Of a stretch of DNA of 64,000 bases, positions 22,952 through 35,624 are shown piece by piece (positions within the stretch are counted from its first letter, which is position 1; every line of letters begins with the position of its first letter). Made by a program: the position numbers and the translations under genes. A model generated the notes under the pieces. That model ran no database searches. It was not told the DNA's origin and was given only the letters and a program-made list of their open reading frames with translations. Source of the stretch: Octopus sinensis (taxonomy: Eukaryota); the NCBI RefSeq assembly GCF_006345805.1, contig NC_043021.1:27528001-27592000 (forward strand), written 5' to 3'.

Positions 22952-23441
22952 TTTTCTGATGCTATTGTAATAACACACAAGCACACAATACCTCAACGCA
23001 GACAATACACAAACACGCAACATGTATAAACATACGCAACACGCACAGACGAAGATAACTTTCGCCCACATGCACTACATACATGCACACTATTTAGTCA
23101 CAGACACACATACACAGATGCACGCACCACCTGAACAAGCACGCATTATCTCCTACACACGTCCATACGTACACACACACACAAACACACAAACTCGCCC
23201 CCATTCACTCATGCACATAGCCTCTATGGCGGGAAGCCCAGAGTAACCATATAAACCGGTCTCGATCACTAATAAATATAGACTGCTCTACTTCTTAGAG
23301 TGTACTTCTCCGGATGTATGTTTTTCTAAAAAAAAAAACGATTACACACACACACATTCATAAACCCCGCCCCACACCATATATATATGGGCTATTTCAG
23401 TTTTGGTATGAGAAATCCTCTCACATGACGTTTCAAAAAAA
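22952..23441 (+). repeat. ~490-bp non-element segment duplicated in inverted orientation at 12840-13330
   Basis: Identical by eye in the stretches compared. The ORF track gives identical 74-aa translations at 13036-13260 and 23022-23246. Confidence 0.9.
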
Positions 23442-23461
23442 TTGAATGTAAGCAAATTTCT

Positions 23462-23570
23462 GCGTAGGCGTGGGTGTGTGATTAAGAGGTTTCCTTCCTT
23501 ACTGCATGGTCAGTCCCACAGAATAGCACCTTGGGCAAATATGCTTACTGAAGCCTCAACCCTAGTTATA
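23462..23570 (+). mobile_element. Degraded SINE family A 5' part
   Basis: gcgtaggcgtgggtgtgtgattaagagg..cagtcccacagaatagcaccttgggcaaatatg. Confidence 0.55.
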
Positions 23571-24147
23571 CTGTGGCAGAGAAAATTGAAGATAACTTTT
23601 GGATAAGCTTTAGTCGCAGATTTAGCATGCTAAAAGTGGAACTAAAAAAACTACATTCTTTTGAGAACTAACAAAGTCATTTATATATCATCTGTAGTTA
23701 AGATGCTCGCCTCGCAACTCCATGGCTTAGAGACCAATGGCTTTGTAGGAGAGTCACGCAGCTTGTAAGTGAAATCTGACATGAAAGAAATTGTGTGCGG
23801 TGGGGCGTCGAGGGGAACAATTTTGTTGACTTAATATTTGCTCAGTTTAACTCAACCTCTTGGTCTTTGGATTATTTTAGTGGAGTTCACGCTGAGATCT
23901 GAACAAAACCCCCTCCCCTCCCCCCATAATTCGTGGAGGCCCTAGAAACATTTCCTTTGCTGCATTTCCTTCATTTGCAAAATCATTAAATTTATACGAA
24001 AAAGGGTCCTGCTCGAATTTGGGTCTTTCCAATTCTTTTTAGTAAAATAGTTTATCCTTCATTGCATACTTTTCTTAATTACTAACTGCAGACGCGCGCA
24101 ATCACCATAGTCTCTTCCAGAATATTCTGTTTGCGTGTAAAATAGAT

Positions 24148-24520
24148 TTACATACGACGGATATTTGTCCTCATCTTGTTAACACATTTGCCCACGGGCA
24201 TATGGCGTAGTGATTAAGAGTGTGGGCTACTAACCCCAAGATTCCGAGTTCGATTCCAGACAATGACCTGAACAACAACAACAACAACAACAATAATAAT
24301 AATAATAATAACAACAACAACATCGAAAAATACCTTAGGAATGAGAACCCAGCTTAAAATTTCCCCAAGACACCTGAAGAAGGTTGGAAGGTATAACAGC
24401 CGAAATGTTGTGTCAACAACAAACAAGATGAAGACAAATATTCGTCGAATGTAAATAATGTAAACAATGTAAATAATGTACATAATTCCTCATCTCTTAA
24501 ATATAGAACTGTAAAATATA
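24148..24520 (+). mobile_element. tRNA-headed SINE-like element with internal hammerhead and an upstream inverted 3' copy
   Basis: A box TGGCGTAGTGATT (24202), B box GAGTTCGATTCC (24246), (AAC)(AAT)n, hammerhead 24369-24414 and (AATGTAAAT)-type tail. 24148-24187 is an inverted copy of ~24409-24455. Confidence 0.75.
24369..24414 (+). ncRNA. Minimal type I hammerhead motif (C15.2T in this copy)
   Basis: gacac-CTGAAGA-a-ggttg-gaaggtataa-cagcc-GAAA-tgtt-gtgtc. Stem I gacac/gtgtc is 5 bp perfect, and stem II is ggttg/cagcc. Confidence 0.6.
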
Positions 24521-25140
24521 TATTTTCTAGACGGAGTGTCACAAGGTGTCAAATCTCCCAGTAAAACGATAGTTATATAGAATACAATCGCTCTTCTCTT
24601 TCATGTTTGTCACCAAGATCTTAGCGCAAAGACTCATAAAACAGAAGTTAGATACGATAGAATATAACCACTCATCTCTTTCGTGTTCAAGATCTCAGAG
24701 CAAGATTCCTGAAACTAAATCATATCGATCCAGGAATAAGAGGACGTTAAATTCAACCTTATCGATATTTGATTCTGGCAGATAGCGCCGCGAAAATAAA
24801 TGCTATGGTTCAGAGCTGGGCTGCCTGACACTGTCGTATTTCTGCAGTGGTTCTGCAGAAAAACTCCTCTCTAATATCGGGTATGAGATAATATTAAATA
24901 TTCAAACTCGCAGCTTGCAGCTTTCCTAATATAAATACATTTAATTAATATCAACTCCTAAAGGAATGTTATTTTATATCAAAACGTTCAATAAATTTCC
25001 CCAAAGGTTAATGAGCAATTTTTGTTTCAATTATAATTTGGATAATACAAAATAATATATCACAATAGCATTTTATTCTTTCCCCTTCCCTTCCTCTTAT
25101 TTTTTGACTCTTTTATTCTTCACACAAACTCTCATTCTTT

Positions 25141-25174
<34 letters not shown>

Positions 25175-25329
25175 ATATATGTTTATACGTATATATGGGC
25201 GTGCGTATATATATATTATGGAATACACTCACGCGTGTGTGTGTGTGTGTGTGTTTACGCGCATCCTTTTTCCTGCATATGCCTTTTTGTGCGTAGGTGG
25301 GAATTTATCGTTTGAACATTTGCTTTAAT

Positions 25330-25361
25330 AGATAAATCTTTCTTTCTTTCTTTCTTTCTTC

Positions 25362-25394
<33 letters not shown>

Positions 25395-25409
25395 TTTCTT
25401 TCTTTCTTC

Positions 25410-25504
<95 letters not shown>

Positions 25505-25505
25505 T
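25330..25505. repeat. (CTTT)n tetranucleotide array
   Basis: Direct reading. Confidence 0.95.
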
Positions 25506-25571
25506 CGTAAACTTATCCATCGATAGTTCGAAAACTGCGAGGTTTTGTATCTGCAATATATTTACATAGTA

Positions 25572-25690
25572 AGGTGGCAAGCTGGCAGAGTGGTTAGCAC
25601 GCCGGGCGAAATGCTTAGCAGTATTTTGTCTGTCTATACGTTCTGAGTTCAAATTCCGCCGAGTCGATAAATTAAGTACCAGTTGCGTAG
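25572..25690 (+). mobile_element. SINE family B, internally deleted
   Basis: ggtggcaagctggcagagtggttagcacgccgggcgaaatgcttagc..ttctgagttcaaattccgccgag|tcgataaattaagtaccagttg. Confidence 0.8.
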
Positions 25691-25919
25691 AAGCACACAC
25701 ACACACACACATGCCCTTACACACATGAAAAGCAGACTTTTATGCTGTTATCTGCTCGTGTTCCCTTCAACCCTTCAGAATCTCAACGGTTTGCAAAGCT
25801 AAAGGAATCAGAATCTTTTATCAAATTCTCTTACAGCAGCAATATATATTTTTTAATGTGTAACGAAACTTTTACAGAAAAAAATGAACATATTTAGAGG
25901 GTTCGTTGGACACAGGGTG

Positions 25920-26056
25920 AGGCGACTGTTGTTATCGTTAGGCCAAACTCATCGTAAAGTCAATACCACCATGACCGATATCCGAACAACAGTGGAGAAG
26001 GCTAGCCACTGGATTTGGTTAGAAAGAGACGTTGAGCGATGGCTAGAAGAATATTG
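25920..26056 (+). mobile_element. Possible extreme C-terminus of a NeSL/HERO-type REL LINE
   Basis: Translates RLLLSLGQTHRKVNTTMTDIRTTVEKASHWIWLERDVERWLEEY*, resembling from memory the L..LG..E.AS.WIW..R terminus of that group. Confidence 0.4.
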
Positions 26057-26354
26057 AACTTTATTTGATAACCAGCTGATCTAGCATTCTCTCCTGATGA
26101 CCCCATACACTTGCTGGCTTCCGGTATGCGGAGATTTTGACTGGTAGCACTTGCATGTGCAAGTTGTTTGCAAGACATCTATGGTGTAACGAAATAGATG
26201 CTGCAATTATGCAATGCAAAAACAAATGAATTGGCAGAACCGTTAGTCTGAAACAATAACTTGCAAGATTTAATGAGAGCGTGGGTTCAAATCCTGCCCG
26301 AACCAACTTGACTATTATCTTTCCAGGCTCACTAAAATAAGTAACAAAAAACGT

Positions 26355-26454
26355 NNNNNNNNNNNNNNNNNNNNNNNNNNNNNNNNNNNNNNNNNNNNNN
26401 NNNNNNNNNNNNNNNNNNNNNNNNNNNNNNNNNNNNNNNNNNNNNNNNNNNNNN
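26355..26454. other. Assembly gap (100 N)
   Basis: A run of exactly 100 n, typical of a placeholder for a gap of unknown size. Confidence 1.
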
Positions 26455-28614
26455 CCGAGTGGTGGAGACGCAACGAGGCAACAGAGCCACCATCAAGTCT
26501 CTTATAGATGAACAGGGGCGCGAATTGCTCGAGCCTAAAAGGATGTGTGGGGTTTTTCAACAACACTTCACCCAACTGTTTGGGACAAGTGGTGAGTCAG
26601 AAAGCAGAGTGGACTTTAGTGCCTACCTGCATGCCTTGCCACGACTCTCGGCAAGGGAGGTGGAGTCTTGTGAAAAGCCTATCACAGCTGCGGACGTACA
26701 GGATGCGATGGTAGGCTGCGCGAGAGACAAGTCACCAGGCTTGGATGGTCTGCCCTACGAATTTTATTTTCATATGCCAGACTTGTTTGGAGGCGTCTTG
26801 GCAGCTGTCTACTGCAACTGGCAGCAGAACGGGAGTATTCCTGCTTTTGTAAAGCGAGGAGCAGTGGCACTGATCAAGAAAGACCCAAACAAGGGGGACG
26901 TCATAGATAATTTCAGGCCCATCACTCTGCTCAACGCAGATTTGAAAATTTTGGCCAAGGTGTTAGCCGAGAGGTTGGCGCTTGTCATCAAGAAACTAAT
27001 CGACAAGGCGCAAACATGCGCCGTGCCGGGTAGGTAGAAGTATTCATGACAACCTCCATCTGATGCGCTACATCATAGACAGGGTAGTTAAAAATCCTGG
27101 CATGGGTGGGGCGCTGATCAATTTGGATCAATCAAAAGCCTTCGATAGGGTAGACCATCACTACTTGGAGGCTGTCCTCAAAGCGGCTGGTTTCGGTCCA
27201 GTTTTCCGCGGTTGGATCGCTGCCTTATACAGCGGCATCCGCTCAGTAGTTCGCGTAAATGGTCATCTATCCAGACCTTTTAACATCATTGCGTTCGGTT
27301 CGTCAGGGATGCCCCCCTCATCGCTGCTGTATGTACTGACTCTTGAGCCACTACTGCGGAAACTGGCGACGCTGAGGGGCATCCCACGAGAGCCGGGATG
27401 CGGGAGGAGCGTGTCTGCATACGCGGATGACGTCACCGTCATAGTGTCGAGCTACGAGCACATCGAGCTGGTCGGCGAGACACTGAAAGAATACGAAGCT
27501 TCATAGACAACGGTGAACAGGGGTGGTCGCCTTTTGTGCGGCGCGCTTTCCCGCAGCTCGTCTCCTTGGACGAACTACAGTCATGGATCAAGCAGCGACC
27601 GAGGCTAGGCGAATGGCACCGCGAGTGTCGCGTTGCTCTCAAGCAACTCTGCCGTCCGGGATCGAACTTGTGCGACTCCATCAACAACAAAGGCATTCTA
27701 TAGAGGATTAGTGGAGGGGGTGCGACGACGAACTCGGGCAGAGTCTGGGCGTCGACGAGGAACACCTGACCCGCCTGTTCAGGACAACTTTCGGGCCGGG
27801 ACCTATGAACAATCACCAAAGATCCCTGGCCTGGCAGTGCTATCGGAAGCATTACCTGTTCGGGATAAGCTCTACAGACACGGTTCCAGACACACTGGAC
27901 CGACTGCCCGAGATGCGGTCAGAGCGACGAAACCGTTCTGCACGCACTCGTGCAATGTCCAACCATTTCCGACCTGTGGGCTTATGCCGAACGGCTGCTG
28001 TCACGTGGGGACGAATCCGCCTATCGGCCGAGTCTATCGTGAGAATTGCTCCGCCCCCTTCCCTCAACCGGGAAGGCAAGGCAGTTTTCATCGTACTGGT
28101 GGCCATGGTGAAAGAATGTGTGTGGTGGACTCGAGCGAAAGGATTAGAGACAAACACTTACCTCTCTGGCCAATCGCTCATCAACTTTTTCAAGTACCAC
28201 TTGAAAAGGAAGGTGAGAATGGAGAGGGAAGTTTTGTCTCGCGAAAGATTAAAAAAAAAGATGGGTGAATGTTGCAAAGATGGTGCGTGCTAGTAACGAA
28301 ACCATTTTGAGCATGATCCTGTAGATCGTAAAAAAGAAAGAGAGCATTTTTGACCTCATGTGTTTATTTCCTCCCTGACTGGGGTTCCCGTGGTCTTTTC
28401 TGTAGGCTTTTCTTCCACGGATGAACCCAATCTTGTTATATCAATGTTTACACATTATTTCTGTGATACACGATTTCTTTTTTTTCCTTTTTTTCCTCCC
28501 CTCGATCCCTTTTGATCGCAATCTTACATTTTTTATTTTTCCACCCTCGAAAAGAAAAGCTCTGCATTTGTATTTGTCCCCTCTGTATCAGCCTGTGTGG
28601 CTAATAAAAGAAAG

Positions 28615-28616
<2 letters not shown>
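26455..28616 (+). mobile_element. L1/Tx1-clade non-LTR retrotransposon, ORF2 (RT) plus 3'UTR; 5' end lost in the gap
   Basis: KSPGLDGLPYEFY, FRPITLLNADLKILAKVL, LDQSKAFDRVDH, (RQGCPLS, frameshifted), AYADDV and C-terminal CPRC..ET..HA..C. It ends gtgtggctAATAAAagaaagtt, joined to (ATCT)n. Confidence 0.9.
26459..28318 (+). pseudogene. Disrupted Tx1 ORF2 reverse transcriptase with an internal deletion after YADD..EYEA (~27500)
   Basis: ORF pieces 26459-27037, 27063-27506 and 27805-28293 are in different frames. RT motifs 6-7 and the thumb are missing. Confidence 0.85.
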
Positions 28617-28705
<89 letters not shown>

Positions 28706-28760
28706 ATCTATCTATCTATCTATCTATCTATCTCTATCTATCTATCTATCTACCTACTAC

Positions 28761-28847
<87 letters not shown>

Positions 28848-28852
28848 CCTAC

Positions 28853-28883
<31 letters not shown>

Positions 28884-28884
28884 C

Positions 28885-28915
<31 letters not shown>

Positions 28916-28940
28916 CCTATCTATCTATCTATCTATCTAC
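28617..28940. repeat. (ATCT)n/(ACCT) array
   Basis: Direct reading. Confidence 0.95.
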
Positions 28941-28994
28941 ATACATATATATATATGTATATACGCGAGAAAGAAGCAACAAGAATGGATAGGT

Positions 28995-29085
28995 TTTTAG
29001 TACGATCGTTTCATACAAGGACAGGTTTTATTAAAAGTTGCAAAGATTACAGCATATAAACGAGTCCCGTACTCATCAGCTAAAA
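28995..29085 (-). ncRNA. Canonical type I hammerhead ribozyme (inverted pseudo-LTR copy)
   Basis: Reverse complement of 32231-32321. Confidence 0.8.
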
Positions 29086-29220
29086 TACATGTAAGTTCTC
29101 TAGACATCCTAGTGTTTGAGGCTATACTCATGAAGTAATGTAGATAATTAAACAGATTTCTAAAGTTCATTAAAGTTCTTTAAAGATGATGTACAGTCTT
29201 ATCACAGAATTTTAAAAAAT

Positions 29221-30795
29221 TACGTAAATAAATTATCAAATCATCCCCCAAATATAATAGAATCTTTAGTAAGAAATATTTCATTAAGAATTTCAAAATT
29301 ATCATCCAATAAGGATATATTTAACTCCCATTCTGAGCATTATAATGCGGCGTTAACTAAGGCTGGATACAACCAAAAGATTACATTCGTTGATAGGGAG
29401 AACTCACGTATTCCTAATAATGAAGTTATCAGTAATCACGTAAGCAGCAAAAAAGACCAAGCCCGAAATAAAAGTAGAATTAAATTAACGGTAAACGCTA
29501 ATCTAGAGTACAGGCCCAACAATTCAAATAGAAGAATTGACCAGAACATAGGTAACTCGGATAAGATTGAAGTAGATAAACCTAAGATGCACACAAATAA
29601 AAATAAAAATAATGGTAATAAATACAATAACTCCGGTGAGATGAATAGTAGTAATTCTACGAACCCTAAATTTTATAAAAAAGATATATTATGGCTGAAT
29701 ATTCCTTTCAACTGTGCGATACAATCGGATATACAGAACAAATTCAAAGTGATTCTGGAAAAAAATTTCCCTATCTCTCATAGATATCATAGAATTATTT
29801 CTAGGAAAACAGTTAGGATTTCTTATTCAACCCTCCAAATATGTCCACTTTAATAGCTAAAATTAATAATAACAACATTAAACTAGCCAGGAAAGATAGA
29901 AATAAAAATAATAATATCAGAATGAATACCAATAGCAATAACAATAATACTACCAACAAAAAAACAGCAATAGGAACTATCAAAACATAGGTGAAATTAG
30001 TAACCACAGAATGACTAATAACATTAACATTAATAGTAATAATAACAATGCCGATATTAATAGAAGTAAGTAATATTGTTATAATAGAAATAATAGAAAT
30101 AAGGCTAATGGAGAAAATAAGGAGAATGAAAATATCAGTGATATCTATAACAATAATATACAGTTGGATAAAAAGACTAACAATAATAATAACATTACGA
30201 ATAATATAAGAAATCTTGGTAGGACTTTACACCTAAATGATGAAACGGAAGGATCAATAAATAATAACAATACTTTAGATATCAGCACCAACTATAGAAA
30301 TGATAATCAAAATAATAGGAACCTTAAACATCTACCCAGGAATAATCCAAGGCCTGAAGTTGTTCCTCCTGTGTGTAAGTGTAGAATAAAATCAAAATGC
30401 CCGGCACCTGGTCTATGTAGGGAAAATAATGTAATCTATAAATGTACCATATCCACGGAGAATAACAAATATTTTTACATTGGCTGTACAATTAATTTTT
30501 TAGCCAGAGTTAGAAATCACATCTCGACTTTTAAATTACGTCATAAAGCTGGTACCACCACACTTTCAAACAAAATCTGGGAACTCAAAAATAATAACAA
30601 AAATTATACCCTTAATTGGGAAATAGTTAGGAGAGCAATTCCGTATAAAAATAGTAGGGTTGGTTGTCAACTATGCTCCATGGAGACGTACGAAATTCTA
30701 AAGCATAGTAAACATAGAAACTTATTGAATAACCATATCGAACTAGGTCAAGTTTGTGTCCACGCTAATTGAAGACTTTAAAATATTTTAAATGA
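29221..30795 (+). pseudogene. Disrupted PLE ORF (RT thumb, Asn-rich linker, GIY-YIG endonuclease)
   Basis: ORF pieces 29587-29853 and 30164-30772, with several frameshifts. Confidence 0.8.
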
Positions 30796-32230
30796 TTGGA
30801 ATATTCATAACTAGATAGATAGATATAACTTGATTTCTACTAGTATAGCACTGCTTTAAGTAGATAACTAAGAGTTCTCACATTACAGTTATCTTTATCT
30901 TTTTCCTTATCTCTGCATCAGTTTTTTGAGAACAGGGAAATGAATAGTACTTATTCGCTACTTAATTGAGGCTTTATTTAATTTCAAACTCACAATTTTT
31001 AAATTCTTAATTTTAAATCTTAATTGTAATATTTAATTTTAATTCCTAACTTAATCTAATTTAAATAGCATAACTCTAATAAATTATAATTAGTTACTGT
31101 AGCCCCATAATTCTATTTCATAATTAAATAAATAAGGCTATTCCCTCGGTGATAATATGATTATCTTCATTATGATAGACAATCCCCTAACACCTTGTAA
31201 ATGATCTTATAAGATTTGACCTGTAGTCAGTCAATGTATGAATAATAACGACAACTCCTTAAGACAATAAAATGAATAAATTAAATAAGTAAATCTTTAA
31301 TGACTTTTTGATAAGATTATACTTAGATTTTCCTAATGTATTTTCTGGTGATTTTAGCATCTGACCCCTTAACCCCTGACTGTGTTATCTCTTTAGATTC
31401 TCTTTAAACTCATAGCTGATTTCAACAGCAATAAATTAACGGTTTACTGGTCAAAGAATAATATTCCCCTCTAGCTCCTAGATGCCTGTTGATTAAAACC
31501 AGACTTACAGTCTACTAGCTCTTCTGTATAACTAGAACCCTCTTTTTTTCTTTTTCTTTTTTTCCCTTTCTTTCTCTTTTCTCTTTTTTCTTTTTCTTCT
31601 TCTTATTCTCTGTTTCCTTTTCTCTTCTCTTTTAGTCCCCCTTTTCCCCCCCCTTTTTGCTCCCTCCTCCATTATTTTCTCTCTTTTCTTCTATTCCCTT
31701 CTCTATTCTTGGCCGATCTAGTAAGTCCTTCAGCCTTTAAGAGTTAAATAGCTACAGCCTCTTGTGAATAGCAGTAATGTGATTAATATGGCAAACACCT
31801 AATCATATAACAAGGATTGATACCTACCTCATTGTGTTCAACCATTGTAAAATTTATCGCCTGTGAATATGAAATTCATCTCCATTTCTCTGGAAATTTA
31901 CATCTACACCATTGGAATCTGTGCATATATACAAAGGATTAATTCACCCTCTCTGTAATGCTAATAAGCAGGAATTGAGACCCACCTCGTTGTAATTAAC
32001 AATGGATAAATTTGTCTTCTGTGAGTATATAATCCCTCATCATATCTATGGAAATTCATATGGATTAGGTCACCTTCTCTGTGATGCTATCAAAACTTTT
32101 TTAAAATTCTGTGATAAGACTGTACATCATCTTTAAAGAACTTTAATGAACTTTAGAAATCTGTTTAATTATCTACATTACTTCATGAGTATAGCCTCAA
32201 ACACTAGGATGTCTAGAGAACTTACATGTA

Positions 32231-32321
32231 TTTTAGCTGATGAGTACGGGACTCGTTTATATGCTGTAATCTTTGCAACTTTTAATAAAACCTGTCCTTG
32301 TATGAAACGATCGTACTAAAA
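32231..32321 (+). ncRNA. Canonical type I hammerhead ribozyme in Neptune pseudo-LTR
   Basis: ttttag-CTGATGA-gtacgggac..gtccttgtat-GAAA-c-gatc-gta-ctaaaa: intact core, 6-bp stem I, palindromic stem III acgatcgt, GUA triplet (cut after 32315). Confidence 0.85.
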
Positions 32322-33022
32322 ACCTATCCATTCTTGTTGCTTCTTTCTCGCTTATAATCACCCCACATTACTGTATTGTTAAATCAGTATAGTTTTTTTT
32401 GGTGCATCTAAGTTAGGTACCATATTCAAGTAAATTTTTTTAAATTAACTTGAATCTTTATTGCTCTTTGAGTATATATGTATATATATATAAACATAAA
32501 TACATGCTAACACAAACAAATCCGTGCGCGCACACGCGCATATTCCCACATTACCTCCATGCGTGTGTTTGCGATAAGTATATGCATGTATAGGTGTGTG
32601 CGTGTATTAGTGCGTTAATATTTGAAAAGCTCGTCTGAGATTAAATATCATATTGCTACTTTAATTAGTATCTGTGCATTGAAAAGAATCTTGTTGTTGT
32701 TCTTCCTCTTCTTTCTTCTTCTTCTCTCTCTTCTTCTTTCTTTCTTCTTTCTTCTTCTTAGGCTGATATATTTTCACCAGGTGTTTAACGTTTCCCATCG
32801 CTGCCAATAAAAGTTATTACCACCTCAGCTAATCAGGATATGCAATTAGAGAAGCTAAAATCAATCCAAACTAATTTAGCTCAGGTTGTAACAGTGTGTG
32901 ATTATTCGTGAGGCTTTGCTCATCTCTGTTGCCATGTTGTTTGCTTTTCTTTATTATTTTCTCTTTTAGATTTTGCTTTTTTTCATATATATTTTGATTT
33001 ACTATGTCATCGTTGGATTATG

Positions 33023-33088
<66 letters not shown>

Positions 33089-33869
33089 GTATACACACAC
33101 ACATACATATATGTATGTATACACACACACACGCACGCACGCACATATATATATGTATACACACACACGCACACATATATATCACTTGAACCGACTATTA
33201 TCTCTCTATCATTATCAATCTATCTATCTGTCAGTCTATGTATTAATTTTTCATTCGTTCTACCTCACTCCCCATATCATATATATATATATATGTGTGT
33301 GTATATATATATATACATACATATATATATACACACACGTACATATATATATGTATATATATATATAGATATAGATAAATACACACATATACACACATAT
33401 ACATACATACATACATACATACATACACACATACATACATACATACATACATACATACATAAGTGGGTCAATTTAGCAGAAATCGAAAAAAATATTTTCC
33501 AGACATTTTTTTTCTCCTCCGTAATCGATTAAACACTTGAAGGCAGTCTGGTATCATGATACGCACACACACACATACACACACACACGCAGAGGCACGC
33601 CCACACACATTCGTTCATTTATAGATGGATACTCCACATAGACCACATTTGTCATCCATAATATACGATCTGGGGAGACGTGATACAGCTGTCTATTAAA
33701 CAATGGTTTGCAACCAAGATATATACAGTTCTATACACAGTTCTGTATTGGGTTGGGAGAACACATTCAATGATATCGATGCATGGACTTGATTTCTATT
33801 TCTCTCCTTGATTTTGGTTGATCTGAGAGGGATTTGAACTCATAAGACTGAGAGGGATTTATTCCTTTT

Positions 33870-34100
33870 TCTTTTATTTGTTTAAGTCAGTTGACTGCAG
33901 CCATGCTGGAGCACAGCCTTTAGTCGAACAAATCGTACCCAGGACTTATTCTTTCAAAGCCTAGTACTTATTCTATCGGTCTCTTTTGCCGAACCGCTAA
34001 GTTATGAGGACGTAAACACACAAACATCGGTTGTCAATAGGAGCTGCTAAGTTATGCGGACGTAAATACACAAACATCGGTTGTCAATAGGAGCTGCTTA
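33870..34100 (-). mobile_element. SINE family A tail with ~50-bp internal tandem duplication
   Basis: gtcagttgactgcagccatgctggagcacagcc..gctaagttatg(a/c)ggacgtaaa.acacaaacatcggttgtcaataggagct twice. Confidence 0.8.
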
Positions 34101-35592
34101 CCTATTGGTAAATATCCCAAATTTGTAATAATATTATAATAATAATAATAAAATATACTGTCGTATTGATTGTTCTCCCATAGAATTTTTATCCTAATCC
34201 AGTTCCAATCTGCTTTAGAAATTTGATTAAATTTGTGCGTATTAGAGATAACCGTAAGGGAAATAGAATATATATATAAAATATTAATTTCATGTGAGGA
34301 ATTGTTACGTTTGTGTTACAATTCTCTCTTTTGTTTAGATCTATTCTATCGGTTTGCATTTAATCATGGCATATATGATGAGGACCATTGTTATTGGTCC
34401 TACTTAACTCATTAATTACTAATGCTTCTAGATCCGGTGTGCTGATGATCAGCTTCAAATGGCTTCCTATAATCAAAACCAAAAGCCTTCAGTGTTTAAA
34501 CCTTTATTTCCCTTTTTACAAACCCCTTTATTAATTATCATCAAATCCTATTAACTATTCATTATCTTAGCGATAGCAATTCCGTTTGTCAGTAAGTATT
34601 TTGGTTTTTCGTGGTCAACATTGATTAATTTATCCTTTGAGAAAATCGGGGCTCTCCAATGAAATTTGGCAGGAAGAACAAGAATTATTTCGGAGGACGC
34701 GGGACGTAGAGAACTCTCAGAATTAAAGGTGTGTGGAAGTTTCAGACATGAGCCTCGGCGGATTGTAAAGGGCTGCCCTCTGTCTCTCTGGGCCCCAATC
34801 CGATCTAATGGCTAAAGCCTCACGTTCAGAAACATGCCACAAGATTGATTTTGTCGTTTCGTTTCTTGCAGGCTGAAAATAGATTTATTGGATTCAGTTC
34901 TTTTCTATGGATGAGGATTATTTTCGTTTCCCTTAGCAACACATTCTAGGGTCTCTCTTTGCTTCCGTGCATTGTTGAATAGTTGAATATCCTTGCAATT
35001 ACTTTGTAGATTTCTTATAAGACTTTGCCAGAAGATCGAAGAGCGGCATTGTACCACTTCCTGTTACTTTCTATGTTTTCATTTTGTAGCAACTCGGGTT
35101 TTTCTGGTGCTATTATTTCATCTGAGAAGTATTCTTCTACTGCTCTTTCACTTTTTCATATTTTTTGTATTATTGTCCACCACAGTTCACCCTCACCCAC
35201 CCCACGTCTCCTCAGATCTTCTAATTGTCTTATTGTTGGCGTTACAGTGGTTTCTGTGTTTCATTTTTTTTATTTACGTGATTTCTGAAAAAATCAGTTT
35301 CGATTGGAGTCGGCCTCTTTGATCTAAGAAGCGATGGCATGGATTTTCTTATGATTTAACAAAGATGTTTTATCTTGGATGCAAATTTTTTTTTCTGTTT
35401 TTTACTTCTACCTCATCCAGTGTTTGTCTTTATTTTCTTCAGTTGTGTTTTTCATTTCGCTGTCCATAAATCATATTTTCTTTTATGCATATGTTTGATT
35501 TCCATGTTGTTTATTTCGCTGTAGATGTAGCTGTTCTTATATTAATTTCCAATTGAAAAGATATATAATAATGGGTTCCCTCCCTGCCTGCA

Positions 35593-35624
<32 letters not shown>

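Larger units (their letters stand above)
28965..32351 (+). mobile_element. Neptune-type Penelope-like element, 5'-truncated, with 255-bp inverted pseudo-LTR copies
   Basis: Inverted repeat 28965-29219 / 32097-32351. RT thumb YVNKLSNHP..YNAALTKAGY, WLNIPFN..KNFP..HRIISRKTVRISYS, and linker zinc finger CKCR..CP..C plus GIY-YIG (VIYKC..FYIGCT..RVRNH..CQLC..LLN..C.H). Confidence 0.9.

Noticed and set aside
24195-24262. tRNA-like heads (also 44798, 7710, 18342) as tRNA genes
   Set aside because: The acceptor and anticodon stems are broken, and each continues into a shared SINE body.
26300-26470. Any adjacency across the N gap, including the 5' end and target of the Tx1 element
   Set aside because: The gap size and order are unknown, so the ORF 26315-26575 spanning it is meaningless.
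33610-33800. Possible mariner transposase C-terminal remnant (also 58700-59000)
   Set aside because: Only faint motifs (KQWFATK; an acgaggtctg TIR-like start) are present, with no paired TIRs or D,D34D. This needs a translated search.
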